Positions 39,361 through 53,478 of a stretch of 64,000 bases of DNA are shown here, in pieces. Origin of the DNA: Camelus ferus (taxonomy: Eukaryota); assembly GCF_009834535.1 (NCBI RefSeq), contig NC_045697.1:19966001-20030000 (forward strand). Reading direction: 5' to 3'. The position numbers and the translations under genes were made by a program. Below the pieces are notes generated by a model. That model saw only the letters and a list, made by a program, of their open reading frames with translations. It did not search any database and was not told the DNA's origin. How positions within the stretch are numbered: the first letter of the stretch is position 1; the number at the start of each line of letters is the position of its first letter.

Positions 39361-41441
39361 TTAAAATTGTCACTATATGCAGACAACATGATATTATATG
39401 TAGAAAACCCTAAAGATACCACACAAAAACTACTAGAGGTTATAAAAGAATTCAGCAAGGTAGTAGGATACAAGATTAAAGTACAGAAATCTGTTGCATT
39501 TCTTTACAATAGCAATGAAATACAGTAAAGGAAAGTTAAAAAAAAATCCCTTTTAAAATTACATTAAAAATACTTAGGAATAAACCTGACTAAGGAGGTA
39601 AAAGATTTATATGTGGAGAACTATGAAGCACTGATGAAGGACTTTAAAGATGATTTAAAGACATAGAAGGATATCCCATGCTTTTGGATTGGAAGAATTA
39701 GTATTGTTAAAATGGCCATACTACACCAAGCAATTTACAGATTTAATGTGATCCCTATCAAATTACCCAGGACATTCTTCATAGAACTAGAATAAATAAT
39801 CCTAAAATTTATATAGAATCACAAAAGACCCAGAATTGCAACTGAAGCAATGCTGAAGAAAAAGAAAAAAGCTGGAGAAATGACCGTCCCAGACTTCAGA
39901 CAGTACCACAGAGGTGCAGTAATCAAAACAACATGGTACTGGCACAAAAACAGACATATAGAACAATGGATCAGACTAGACATCCCAGAAATAATCCTAC
40001 AGACTTAGGGTCAGTTAATCTTCAACCAGAGATGTAATAATACGCAGTGGAGAAAAGATAGCCTCTTTGGCAAGTGGTATTGGGAAAGTCGGACAGCCAC
40101 ATGTAAATCAATGAATCAACATTATCTCACACTGTATACAAAAATAAACTCAAAATAACTTAAGGACTTAAACATAAGACACTATAAACCTCCTAGAAGG
40201 AAACATAGGCAAACATTCTCTGACATAAATCTTAGCAATATTCTCCTAGGGCAGTGTACCCAGGCAATAGAAGTAAAAGCAAAACTAAACAAATGAGACC
40301 TAATTAAACTAATGAGCTTTTGCACAGCAAAGGAAACCATAAACAAAACTAAAAAGACAACCTACAGAATAGGAGCAAATATTTGCCAACAATGCGACTG
40401 ACAAAGGCTTAATCTCCAGAATATACAAACAGTTCATATAACTCAATAACAAAAAAAAAAGTAAACAACCCCACCAAAAATGGGCAGAAGACATAAACAA
40501 ACATTTCTCCAATGAAGACATACAAATGGCCAGTAGGCACATGAAAAAATGCTCAATATCGCTATTAGAAAAATGCAAATCAAAACTACAGTGAGATACC
40601 ACCTCACACCAGTCAGAATGGCCATTATTAAAAAGTTCACAAATGATCAATGTTGGAGAGGGTGTGAAGAAAAGGGAACCTTCCTACACTGTTGGAGGGA
40701 ATGTAGTTTGGTGTGGCCATTATGGAAAACAGTATGGAGATTCTTAAAAAAAAAAAAAAAACAGACTTACCATATGATCCAGCAATCCCCCTCCTAGGCA
40801 TATATCCAGAGGAGACTCTAATTCGAAAAGATAATGCACCACAGTGTTCATAGGAGCACTACATACAATAGCCAAGACATGGAAACAACCTAAATGCCCA
40901 TTGACAGATGGCTGGATAAAGAAGTTGTGCATATATATACACACACATACATACACACAATGGAATACTACTCGGCCATAAAAAATAATACCATTTGCAG
41001 CAACATGGATGGACCTGGAGATTGTCAATACTAAGTGAAGTAATCCAGAAAGAGAAAGAAAAATACCATATGATATCACTTATATGTGGAATCTAAAAAA
41101 TGGGACAAATGAACTTATTTACAAAGCAGAAACAGACTCACAGGCATAGAAAACAAACTTGTGGTTACCATGAGGCAGGAAAGAGGGGTGGAGGGAAAAA
41201 TTGGGAGTTCAGGATTTGCAGATACTAACTACTGTATATTAAATAGATAAACAGCATAGTCCTACTGTATCGCACAGGGAACTATATTCAATACCTTGTA
41301 ATAACCTGTAATGAAAAAAGAATATGAAAAGAAATGTATATATGTATAACTGAATGAGTATGCTGCACACCAGAAATTAACACAACATTGTAAACCAAAT
41401 GTACTTCAATTAAAAAAACTAAAAAACAAAAACAAAAAAAA
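39361..41441 (+). mobile_element. Young cetartiodactyl-type LINE-1: RT to 3' UTR and A-tail (non-functional)
   Basis: [18 protein letters not shown] (RT), [17 protein letters not shown]...CWRGC (C-domain), 3' UTR gcacagggaactatattcaatacc...tacttcaat and an A-rich tail; stops and frameshifts present. Confidence 0.95.
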
Positions 41442-42769
41442 TACTTTGGAAGGAAAACGAAAGCAAGTTTGGCAAATGTTAAAAAACAAAAAATGTAAAA
41501 AAATAAAATGGCTTACAATAATAAAAATAAAGTGAACAATTAAGCCAACAAAACCAACCTTCAATTTGAAAACTTTTAGAAAATCTAAAATTTCTTCAGT
41601 GAATATTATCTATGCACATATAGGCTTCTCTGCTGCAAAAACTCTGCTTCTTAAAAATCTAGAAATTACTGTATCATTACAGTAAACTTTTTAGCTTTCC
41701 TACTGTACCTCATGTTTTACTTTTGTGGTTCCTCATGGTGTAATCTCCCTCATTAATGTGACAGAAATCTTAGTCCATTGGGATAAAATATAAAGGATGA
41801 AATAAAGGATAACACTGTTGTTATTTTCCTCAAATCTGCTGGATATTGTGGTTAAGCAGACAACAGGCAATATTCATAAAATGTTCCACTCTTTAAATTC
41901 CTACAAGAAAACTGGCATTTCATTTAATGGAAATCTTCTTCGTAACCGTCCTTTCTCCATGAAAACTGTCATTTGACACATTAGCACATGCAGAGGTCCA
42001 TGATAAAACATAAACACTTACATTAGATAAAAGACCTAAAATGATTATGAAAAATGTTCTTTTTCTTCCAAAATATTCAAAAGCAAACACTCAGGAGTAC
42101 AATATGTTTTAGGTTAATTACTTTAATTCAGTTTTAATTAAGTTCATGTTTCCATGCAAACAAATGGTTTTAAAATTGTTGAAATCCTGATGTGTCAGAA
42201 TATGACTAAAATTAATTACCTAAGAGCATTTGACTCAATTTTTTGGAACCATGTAGTGCAATTTTAGTATCATTATAGCAATGATTTTAATATTATCAAC
42301 TTTGAAAGAAACTGCGTTGTACTATAAGGTTTACTTTTATATTTCAAATTTTGTGCATATATTTTTTTTCTAGTGCACACCTACCTGGTTATAAACGGTT
42401 TTACAAAAATAACATTAGATACACAAGGAGACACAAACACAGGCACACGCTTGCCAGCTAGCTGTCAGCCCCAAATGAGCCCTGTTTCCAAACATTCAAA
42501 GTCTCTCTTTTTAGGAATATTGCACTGTTCCTATACATCCAAATGGAAGATTAAGATCAACAACAAAACAGGTGGCCTTGGCCTAATTTATAAATTCCAA
42601 TTTTCTTACTGACATACTTAGAAAAAAAAGAAATATTCTTAATCTGACATAAGGAAAAGCATGACTCACAGATGCCTAGAAATAGGGGCCTGCCATTGAG
42701 GAAAATGTTTATGTATTACAGAATTTTATTTCTATATTTGTATTGCCTTTTTTGGAAATAACCTGTTTT

Positions 42770-43380
42770 TGTCAGGGTCTTCATGGCGAGTGAAAACCAT
42801 TTTTGTTACTTCAACAGAGATAATTGAATGTAGGGAACTTGTTACACAAGTATAGGGGACCTGAATACACAGAGACAATACTGAATAAGTCAGAGATGAA
42901 TTGAAAGTGCATGAAAAGCTGTCCTCTCTAGTGATGGAGAAGAAAGGGATGAGAATGGAATTAACAGAACACAGAAGCTCAGAGAAGAGGCCCCGCATAG
43001 CTGGGGCTCAGAACTCTCATGCAGAGTTGTTACCTTGTTGCTGCTGGTACCTCTGAGGGGACGTCACATGGCTAGTTCTAGATGTGCTAAAGGATGCTGG
43101 AGGCTGGAAACAACTGATGATGCCTTAGCAAAGTGCTGCTGCTGGGATGAAGTGTTGCTGCTCCTAAGAGACCCTGCCAGGAACAGGATACAAAATAAGA
43201 GAAGAAAGTTCCTTCTTTCCTTTGCTTGCTTTTAAATCTCTGTGCCTCCTATCGGCTGGACATAATGAAGTGGCAGCTAAAGAATCACAGTTTGCCTGGT
43301 GCCAGCCACAGAATCACATGTTAATGGCAAATGCAATTAAAAGGTGAATTTGAAGCTGGAAGACAATAGGTAGCAACACT
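42770..43380 (-). mobile_element. Ancient ERVL-class LTR (LTR33/LTR41-like)
   Basis: Ends ggtgaatttgaagctggaagacaatag, similar to the element at 13380-13840. Confidence 0.55.
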
Positions 43381-45874
43381 GCAGTAATAATTTAGTTTTC
43401 TTAGTTTCTCTCTGGCATTAAAAGCTTCTCTGTTCCTCCTGGAGTTTTCCAGTTTGCTTCAAATCCCTCCCTTTCTCCTAATTTTCTACCTTACATTGAA
43501 GTTCCTGGTCTTTCTCATCAAATCAATGTCTAATGGGCCACTCCATTTTATCAGTAGTTTTATACGTAACTGAATTCCACTTTTCCCATCTTGAAACCTC
43601 TGCCGACCTATAATTTTCAAACACTGTTGGAAGAATCCATTACCCCACCCTCTTCTAATTTAAATGATAAGGGGGGAAAGCAAGTTTACAGAGGGAAAAT
43701 TTTATTAAATTTATACCTAAATCAAGATTGAAAAACAAACAACCAAAAAATTAAATGCAGCCTAAGGTGCTAGGTTGTCTCTCTGATTAAATGAGAATGT
43801 GACAGTGATAGAACATTTAAATTTTTTTCGTTTTAAAAATGAGAGTCATAATGCATATACCAGTTTGCTCATGGATTGTTATGCAGGCTGAAAAAATCAA
43901 AACTATGATAGTGTGTCATAAACATTAAGAACCGAGTAGAAATGATAGGTGCATGAAGGATTCTGTAGATTTGTTTCAGAGAATGATAACATAAAACCTT
44001 ACTGGCACTCACTCTGGAACAATCAACATAAAGTTAGTCACCTGGGGCGGGGGCAACACAGCTCATTGACAAATCAATACCTGAAATTTATTGTACGTGC
44101 TCTTGTGACTTTCAATTTGGGATTCATATTTAATTCCACACTTTCTTTGCAATAACCTTGATACGTGGCCTGTTTCATCAATACAAAGCCAGGCAGCCTC
44201 ACGCTGTAGCTCAGTTTCAGTCTAGATCATTATCACCTACTCTTCAAGGTGTTGTCCAAGAAATCCTGAAGTGAATTTTGCACATACTGCAAGGATATAC
44301 GTTAGTTTAGATTACTGCAACCATACCATGAAAATTGGATGGTGGTCTAGCGAGGCATTTTTGCCTGATGTAGGAATAATTATTCTAATTTGTTGATATT
44401 GATCATTATTTTTAAAGAAGAAAAACTATTAAGAAGAAAATTTATTGAAAGTTCAGTTATCCAACATTTGACTTCTGAATTTGGAAAATGTCACTCTACC
44501 AAAAAAAATCAAGGTTCATATTTTAACTACACTTTTGGGGAAATTTTAAGATGTGATTTAAAAATCAAATATTAAGAAAGATGAAAAGATATTAAATTGT
44601 AAAAAAAAAAAGGCATTGATGGAGGAAAAAATAAGTAATGTGGCTTAATAGTAGGCTTTTTCCTTGATATTCCTTTATAAACTGATACAGATGACACCTT
44701 CCAGAAAAAGAACTTTTGAGACTATCCCTAGTAAGCCTAATGAAAACTTTATTAGTTGTTTGGGGAGAAAGGTAAACTTCAACATTGTATACAAGTTACA
44801 CACTTGTCCCTAAATTCTGCGCCATATCAATATGTTAACTTGTGTATGTTTGATGATTGGACATTCAGGATAAAGAAATAAAGGAGGAAAATAATCAAGT
44901 GGCAGCTAAAGATCAGTTTGCATGGAAATAATTCCACTTGATTTAGGGGGTGGGAAAGAACGTTTTGTCTCTGCTTTGCAACTTTGAGCCCTATAACAAA
45001 GAAAGCCACATGAAGGCACTTGGCTTGGGTAACTGGTAAAGCATGCTCACAGGAAAAGATAAGATTAATGTGCTTACTTAAGAGAAGCCTCTCGTCTGCA
45101 GCAGGCTGGAATATTAATGAACCTTCAGCTTTGCTCTCTTCATTGGAATGTGTTTGCTGGAGTAGTTCATTCCGCCAGCAATGTAACTTACGTGCTGATT
45201 GGTGAGACACCTAAAGAGCTAAGTCAGGGCCATTGCCCTCAATGGAAGCGTTGCCTGAAAAGAGACCACAAAATAGGACAGTGAATATTCGAGAGAGGCT
45301 TATGGATAACCACTTCAGGAATTAGCTGACACATGCCCGCAATAAAATTCGGAGTCAAAAATAGAGTCGGATCAGCATTATGCTAAGTCAAATCACTGCA
45401 GTGAAATGAGAATAAGTAACTATGTGCTTGAAAGAGGATGACCTCAAGGAATCACGTTTTAGTGCACTGCTCCAGCTCACAAAGGCATTTTAATATCAAG
45501 AATTATCAAATTTAAATAAAAATGTTATGCCATGCAGAAGTGTTAAAATCATACCTCACACTTAGAGTATTGTGTTTCTTTTGTCAAAAATAAGACTGTA
45601 TTTTAATTTATTGACCCACATATTACATCAAAAAGCCAACTAACTACACTATTTACTGAGAGAAAAGTAAATTAAAATGTGCTTACAGTATTTCTTGTAC
45701 TTGTTTTTTTAAATGAGGAAAACTTGAATTTTTTTCCCCTGTCAATCTTCATAAAACAAACAAAAAAGAACAACTATAAAAACTTTATGTATCTGGCAAG
45801 AAATAAAGGCAATTGCTTGGATAACTGAAGTATAATGTATGGTAAAAGACTAAACTGGTCAGCTCTGATTTAAA

Positions 45875-46160
45875 CCAGCCTTTGCAAAAATATATTCCAA
45901 ACAATACCAGTCCTAAAAAAGTGCTGTGTATACACATACACACACACACATGCACAATATTTTAGGATTAATATTTTCTCTCTCCTTCTTAGGGACTTAT
46001 TAATGAACACACATTAGTCTCTGTAAATGCCTAAATTAAAGAAATGTTTAACTTTTAGTAACTCAGCATCCAAATGTGCAATGCGGAAGTTTTTTCTGTT
46101 CATACCTATTTATAGCTTGTATTACTAGTATTCCATTTTATACCTGTTAAGAAATACTAA
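45875..46160. mobile_element. hAT-Charlie MITE (MER112-like)
   Basis: taaagaaatgtttaacttttagtaactcagc...acctatttatagc...aagaaatact resembles recalled MER112 consensus; diverged. Confidence 0.45.
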
Positions 46161-46424
46161 TTTAACCTAGGAGGGAGAATTCTCAGGGCTCCTCTTGCAA
46201 ACCTCACAGACAGAAGTCTTGTATGATTGTTAGCTCATCTCATGAATTATACCAACTTCCCTCACTTTAAGCTGACCCCTTTGTTTAGTCTTCCACAAGC
46301 TAAGTAATAATATATTTAGGTCTCATAACTTCATATTCCTACACAGTCAGAACTTCATAGCCCTTCATGATCAGAAATGTAGTCATGAAAATGCCCATAG
46401 AAACCATCTTGAAAACTTACAATT

Positions 46425-49400
46425 ACTGGATTTTTAAACAGAGATGATGGTAGATTGACACGCAATATTAAGAAATAATACAATCTCATATATACTTTAC
46501 TGACACACATTTGGTAAAACTCTTGTATAAAACCACAACCATGATATTGTCACTGGTACAACCCACCAATGTATTCTAATTTCCTCAGTTTTTCTTGTAC
46601 TCATTGGTGTGTGTTTTTAGTTCTCTACACTTTTATTAAATGTGTAGGTTCACATACCAGATACTGTGGTCCTAATACTGGTCAATTTCACCATCATGTG
46701 TATCCTTCCTCTTGCTGTTTCATAATCAAATCCACCTCTCTTCCTGGAAACTCATCCAATTGCTGTGTATAAAAAGTTTGTTCGTTTTTACGGCTAATAT
46801 TCCATAGTATGCATGTACCACAGCGTTTTTAACCATTCCTCTGTTGAAAGATATCCAGGCTGATCCCAGATTTGAGCTATTACGAATAAAATTTGTATGA
46901 ACAATTGCATATAGATTTTTTGTATGAACATAAATTTCCATTTCTCTGGATGGCAATTCCTGGGTTTTATGGAATTGCTCCTTCCTTCTCTCCTTCCTTC
47001 CTAGATTTTTTTTCTTCCCTTTAAAAAAAATTAATGTGCAGCATTTTTTAGAGTGGCTGTATATTTTTACACTCCCACCAACACTACATGGGTGATCTAG
47101 TTTCTCTTGATCCTCACTAGAATTTATTTCGACTTTTTAAAAAGTTTTTTGCCATTCTGATGATGTGTAGTGATATCTCATTGTGTTATTAACTTGCATT
47201 TTCCTAATGTTTAGTGATGTTGAACATGTTTTCATGTGATTATTTGATAGCCGTATTTTTTTTCAGTAAACTGTTCATGTCATTTGCTCATTTTTTAATT
47301 CTGATTGTTTAATATATTTACTATTACGATGTGATGGTTCTCCATCTATTCTGGATATAGTCTTGTGACAGAAACGTGATTTGCAAATATTTCCTCCCTG
47401 TCTGTAGCTTGTCTTTTCATCCCCTTTGGCTTTTACAGTGAAACATTTTTCATTTTGGTGAGTTCCAGTTTATGAATTTTTCTTTTTTTGTGGGTTGTGC
47501 TTTTCTCGTCAAGTTGAACAATCTTTTGCTGTTTCTAGATCCTAATGACCGACTCCTATTTTTATAAAGTTTTATAGCTTTGTGTTTTCAATTTAAGTCT
47601 GTGAATCACTTTGAGTTGATTTTGGGGTAAGCTGTGACACCTAAGTCAACATTAATTTTTGTCTATAAAGGTCCAGTTGCTCCAGCATCATGTGATGAAA
47701 ATTCTATCCCTCCTTCTTTGAATTGCTTTTGCACATCTCTCAAAAATCAGCTGAGATAACGGCTGTGAGTCCATAATGTGTTCTCTGCTTTTTCCATTGA
47801 TGTGTGTGTATATATTCTTCTACAATACCATACTCTTGATTACTGACATTGTCTACTAAGCTTGTGCCTTTCCATATAAAATTTAAATAAAATAAGCTTT
47901 CCTATATCTAAAATATGATCTGGGATATTGATAGGAATTGTTTTACAGCACAGACCAGTTTGAGAGAATTTTATATTGGGTTTTCCCAACCATGACACAC
48001 TATGTATTTCTGTTTATTTAGATATTCTTTGATTTCTTTCACTGGCATATTCTAATTTCCAGCATACAGATTCTATATATGTTGTATACATATGTATTTC
48101 ATTTTCTAGAGTGATTGGAAATGATTTTGTGCTTTAATTTCAGTTTCCACAAATTTATTGTTACTAAGTAGAAATGCAGTACCTTTTAGTGCATTGACAT
48201 TGTATCCTGCAAACTTTCTGTGCTCATCATTATTTTAGGAGTTTTTGTTTATTTGTTCTGTTTTGGATTTCTTAGGATTTTTATTTAAATTGTGCTATTT
48301 GCAAACAGAGATGATTTACTCCTTTCTAATCGGCATGTCTTCTATTTCCTCTTCCTGTCTTATTGCAGTTGTTAGAACTTCCACTGTTATGAGAATAAGA
48401 GTGGTAAGAGCAGACATCCTTGGGAACACATAGTGTCTTTCACCGTTCAGTATAGTGTTCGCTGTAGGTTATCTGTAGATGCTTTCTGTTAAGTTAAAAA
48501 AAAAATTCCTTGTGAAGGTATTATAAATAATGCCTAGATGATTTGTCATAATGGGTATGAAATTTTGTTTAGTACCCTTCCTGGATTAATTTATAAGATT
48601 ATATAATTTTTGTCCTTTAGGCTTGTTGATATTATGAATTGATTGATTTTCAAATGTTGAATCATCTTTATATTTCTGGTCATACACTTCAGTTAGTCAT
48701 GGCATACATTTTATTTTATATAGTGCTAACTTATTTATTTAATTTATTTATTATTTATTTTATATTCACTAATATTTCTATAACAATTGTCCTGTTTAAG
48801 TTATTAGTAAGTATTGATCTGTACTTGTTTTTGTTTGTTTGTTATTATACTTGACTGTTTTTTTTTTTTTTTTTAATATCAGTGTAATCCTTACCTCATA
48901 CAATGAATTGGGAGAACTTCCTTTCCATTCTGTTGTGTGGAAGAAACTGTGTAGAATTGTATTAATGTTTTTTATTAGTTATTAGGTAGAGTTCTCTAGT
49001 AAATCCACCATGGTATGGAGAGTTCTATACTTTTAGAATAAAAGTGCTGTTATTTTAATGGTTGTAAGAATTCAGATTATTAATTTCATCTTGATTGAAA
49101 TTGGTAAGTTTGTAGTTTTCAAGGAATTTGTTTCTTCTAAATTGTTGAATTTATGAGCATACATGTATTCATAGTATTCCCTTATTATTCTTTTAATTCT
49201 TTTAATATCTGTAGTGATATCCCTTATATCATTTCTGATGCTGGTGGATTGTGTATTAGTGTCTTCCTTGTTTTTCAATGTTTTTTTTTTTCAGTCTTCC
49301 TAGAGTTTTATCAATTTTATTGTTTTTTTTTAAAGAAACAACGTTTCTTGAATTGGTTTTGCTGTTGTTTTACTATTTTAATTACATTGATTTCTGCCTC

Positions 49401-50800
49401 TATCTTTAGTATTTCCTTTATTCTGCTTGCTTTGGTTTTGTTTTACTCTTCTTTTTCTAGTTTCTTTGAGTGTAACTTAAGTTACTGACTTGAGTCTTTT
49501 TTTCCTTTCAGTTTAAGTATTTCATAGTATGAATTTCTTCATTCTCATAACTGATTTGGCTGCATTTTGTGTATTTTGATGTGTTTTCATTTTCATTTCA
49601 ATTATATGTATTTATTTTACTTTATTCCCTTTGAGTCTTCTTTTTTATCAATGGATTATTTAGAAGTTTAATTTACACATGTTTAAAAATTTTCCTTTTC
49701 TCTTTGTCTTACATTTATTTTGATCACATTATGGTCAGAGAACACACTCTGTATGATTTCAGTTGTTTTAAATTGGTTGAAGTTTGTTTTATGGCCCAAG
49801 ATATGGTTTATTATAGTGAGTGTTCCATGAGTACTTGTAGAAAAAAGAGTGTATTCTGCTATTTTGAATGGAGGATTCCCTACATGTCAGTTGGATTGTG
49901 TGTTGATTGTGTTATGCAGTTCTTCTGTATTTTTGCTGATTTTCTGTTCTGTCAGTTATAGTAAGGTGTTGAGGTACCCAGCCATGACTGTGGACTTGTC
50001 TATTTTTTTCATAACCTCTCTCAGATTTTACTGCCTCTATTTTGAAGCTCTGTTGTTAGATTTATAAACATCTAGGATCATTATATTTTCTGCATGGATT
50101 GATCTTTTATTAACTAATGCCTTTGTTCTTCTGCAATCATTTTCTTTACTGTGTATTCTGCTTCATCAGACATTAAATATAGCACTTGTACTATTCTTGC
50201 ATTAATGTTTCCAGTGTATTTTTTCCCATATTTTACTTTCAACCTATTTATATGATTGAATTTGAAATGAGTGTCTTTTAAGCAACATATAGCCCTCCTT
50301 CTTGTTATTTAGTCTTACAGTGTCTCTCTTTTGATTGATATATTTAAGATAATTGTTGATATATTTGCCCTGAAGTATGCCAGTTTACAATTTTGTTTTC
50401 TGTTTCATCCCTCTAGTTCTTATTCTTCTGTTTGTTTTTCCGTGCCTTCCCGTAGTTTACTTGAGTACTTTAAAGATTCCATTTTGACCTATTTAAAGTA
50501 TTTGTGACTATACGTCTTTGACATTTTTTGAATTTGTTGCTCTGAGCAATACAGGACGTGTATGTGACATGACAATTTCCTGGTATCAGCATTTTACTAC
50601 TTTGAGGGAAGTGTGGAAACTACATTGTGTGCCTTTACCTTCCCCATTTTAAATATCATTTTCTTTAGTTCAGCTGGTGTTCAAACTTGTTTCAATCATG
50701 GAGTATGAGTTACAGAACTCATGGTGATAAGGATAGACTACAGTACTGTATGTATTCCTATTTTTGCTTTTACTTAGTCCTTCTTCTGCCTGACACTCTA
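46425..50800 (-). mobile_element. Long LINE-1 (L1MC3-like): 3' UTR, most of ORF2 and upstream region
   Basis: L1MC3-type 3' UTR (tttcctcagtttttcttgtactcattggtgtgtg); track ORF 49072-49278 (-) [11 protein letters not shown]...[15 protein letters not shown] is ORF2. Confidence 0.9.
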
Positions 50801-51169
50801 AACTTTTAATAAGTACTAGATATTATACTTTAGAGACATCCTTGCCCAGGAATAATTTATTATCTCATTATCCCTATAGTAGTACTATTCTGAATTAATA
50901 TGTGTCAATCACTCAACACTGTAACTAATGCATAGAAAGAGTTCCGTAAATATCCTATGCCATGAGGTTTAGCTTCTGTCCTTCTGTGTCACATTTCGTT
51001 ATTGTACATTGTATGTCACCAACATAAAGTGTTCTATTTTCCACTGATGTCAAGAGTTCTTTATGCCATGTTTACATAGCTTATTTCTTTAATCTACAGA
51101 TATTTTCTGATCTGCTGATTTCTTATTCATCTTTCAAGATTATTTCAAGGATCACACCATTTGTATTAA

Positions 51170-51450
51170 TATGAGTGGTGTCTCCCAGGGCAGTCTACAT
51201 CAGGTGATTGAGTGAAGTGTAGGTACACAGGTGTAGCTATTTTGTTTTGCTGCAAGACGACTCTGATGCACAACCAGAGCTTCCCATTTGGTTGATTGAG
51301 GCTTTGTTAGGTCTAATGTAGAAGTTTGATTTCTTCTTCTCACAAATCTTGTTTTTTGCCAACCTTTTAGAAGTGTTAATCCCTAATAATCATCTTGTAA
51401 CTCAAACCCTCTCTCAGCTCTTATTTCCAGTGGACCTAAACTATGCCAAA
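51170..51450 (+). mobile_element. ERVL LTR fragment (LTR16-like)
   Basis: gacgactctgatgcacaaccagagcttccc...taataatcatcttg...ctctcagctcttatttccagtggacctaaactatgcca. Confidence 0.55.
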
Positions 51451-52614
51451 GTGTATCATGACTTTATAGTCAAGTGATCTGTATTTTAGGCAGTAAAACA
51501 ATGTGAGCAAACAATTAGGATATCAGGAAATTAGACAAACCAGAATTCCATTTATTCAGAAGAAGCCAATAGCATAGCAGGAAGCAGGTAGGCATGGTGA
51601 GCACATAAGTGCTCAGGAGTCAAATAAGGTCTTAAAACCTGACCATAATTTCTAAAATATTCCTGGTAGTAAGATCCTAATGTGTTTGATCTATTCCCTG
51701 ATAATAAGGAAATTGGTATGATAAAAATAGAAAAAAAATTGGACTTAGCTTAAAAAAGAGAATAGTATGCTGACTGGCAAAAAACGAAACAGTCAAAACT
51801 AAATAAGCCATTGATAATTGGCTTCTTGACTTGTTAACTTGACTGATGTGTCTGCCTATGATGGTCATGCCTGAGTTTAAGCTGAGAACAGAGTGCATCT
51901 AGAGTCAGAGATGAATGGGCAGTAAGCAGCAGTAAATGCTTCTCCAGTCTGTCTGAAAATAAAAATTTAAATAGATGTTAATAATCATATTTTCACATGT
52001 AAAAACAAAAGAAATAGGATGAGTTCTCAATAACATTATGTAGAGATAATATTTTAGATAAAAAGGAACTTATGTCTAAAATATATGCAAGAAAGGAAGA
52101 TGAACTAAATTTTGGCATTTCTTTGGATATAAAGGGAGAAAAGAGTCAAATATTGAGATCATAAAACAAAAACAGGAAAATTAATGATGAGAGCTGGCAT
52201 TAAATAGAGAAGTGGATGAAGTCAATTCTGTGTAAATTTTTGAGAACATATATTATTTTTAAGTCAACTCTTCCAAAGAATACAGCCTAGAATGTAGTGA
52301 GTGCTCCACAAATAAATATATATGAATTTGAAGAACAGTGATATGTTCAAGAGGAGATATTTTGTTGGAGACATAATGTATGGTTGTTAACATAATGGCT
52401 CATATTAGCAGTTCAGGCTAGATATGGAGGCAGTCATTCACCACATTGTGTAAGTAACTCTTCTTCTTCTCCTGCTCCTCCCCCTCCCCCCTTCCTTCCT
52501 CCTTTAATTTTTGTGACAGAACTACAGTAGAGTAGGCCAGGACAAATTAATAACTCCTGTTTATTCTTGGTTGATGGGGAGAGAAGAACTTACGCCTAAG
52601 ACAATGATATCTCA

Positions 52615-52640
52615 CACAAACACACACACACACACACACA
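52615..52640. repeat. (CA)n microsatellite
   Basis: Direct observation. Confidence 0.9.
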
Positions 52641-52989
52641 GAAAGCACAGAGAGAGGAAAAAATGATGACTCCAATTGAAAAATTTCCTAACAAAATCCA
52701 TCATCAAAAATGTTAATGTTAACAGAGAATAAGAAAAACAATAAAGCCTTTTATATTTAAAAATAAGGGTTCATCTTAAAAGATCACATTAACCATGGAA
52801 GAGAATTGTCTCTGAAATTGAGGTGGGGGAAATTCAGTAGCCTAAATAAGTCCAGTGTTAACATTTGTTGAGAAAGTTATAAATGGGGGCCATAAACTGC
52901 AAGTCTGAATTATTTAAAGTTGTAAATCAAGGTAAGCAGCTATTAAAGCATATGTTTCATCCTCTTACCCCAACAAATACATGTCAGTA

Positions 52990-53478
52990 ACAATCTCAAA
53001 ATCCAGGTGCAAGTTTAGGTAGATTTCCATACAGAAAATGGCTTAAGATTGCACCTCTCTCCTCTTACTGTTCTCAACTCCTGCACTGTGAAGGGCGTTG
53101 CACGTGCCCACACTGATACTCCAGTCCATGCACCCAGGCTTCTGCCACAACCCTAGAGAAACAGCCACCCTTTGGCCACTCTTGCAGGTGTGTGGCTACC
53201 AGCTATGTGATGTGCTCTTGGGAGGATAGAGCTGGAGAAGATGCCCACAGGATTACTGGAAGAAGGCTTAATGCTTTGTAGGCAGGGCGTGCAAGGTCCT
53301 AGGTATCTAGGACAAGAAAGGGAGGCATGTAGGCTCTGAGTAGGTGTGGCTTCTTGGATCCATGGTCAGCTAATTCTGTGGTGCACATGGGTCATGGCTA
53401 GAATAGGTCCAGAGTGGGGTTCCTCTGAAGTCTCCTTAGAAGGAGATTTTCTTGCTTCAGTCTGTGGATAGCCTGAGT
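52990..53478 (+). mobile_element. hAT-Tip100 DNA transposon (MER115-like), CpG-decayed
   Basis: aaacagccaccctttggccactc; gggaggatagagctggagaagatgcccacagg; ccagagtggggttcctctgaag match recalled MER115 consensus. Confidence 0.6.

Noticed and set aside
52990..53478. GC-richer block as a promoter or exon
   Set aside because: Better explained as a CpG-decayed MER115-like DNA transposon.
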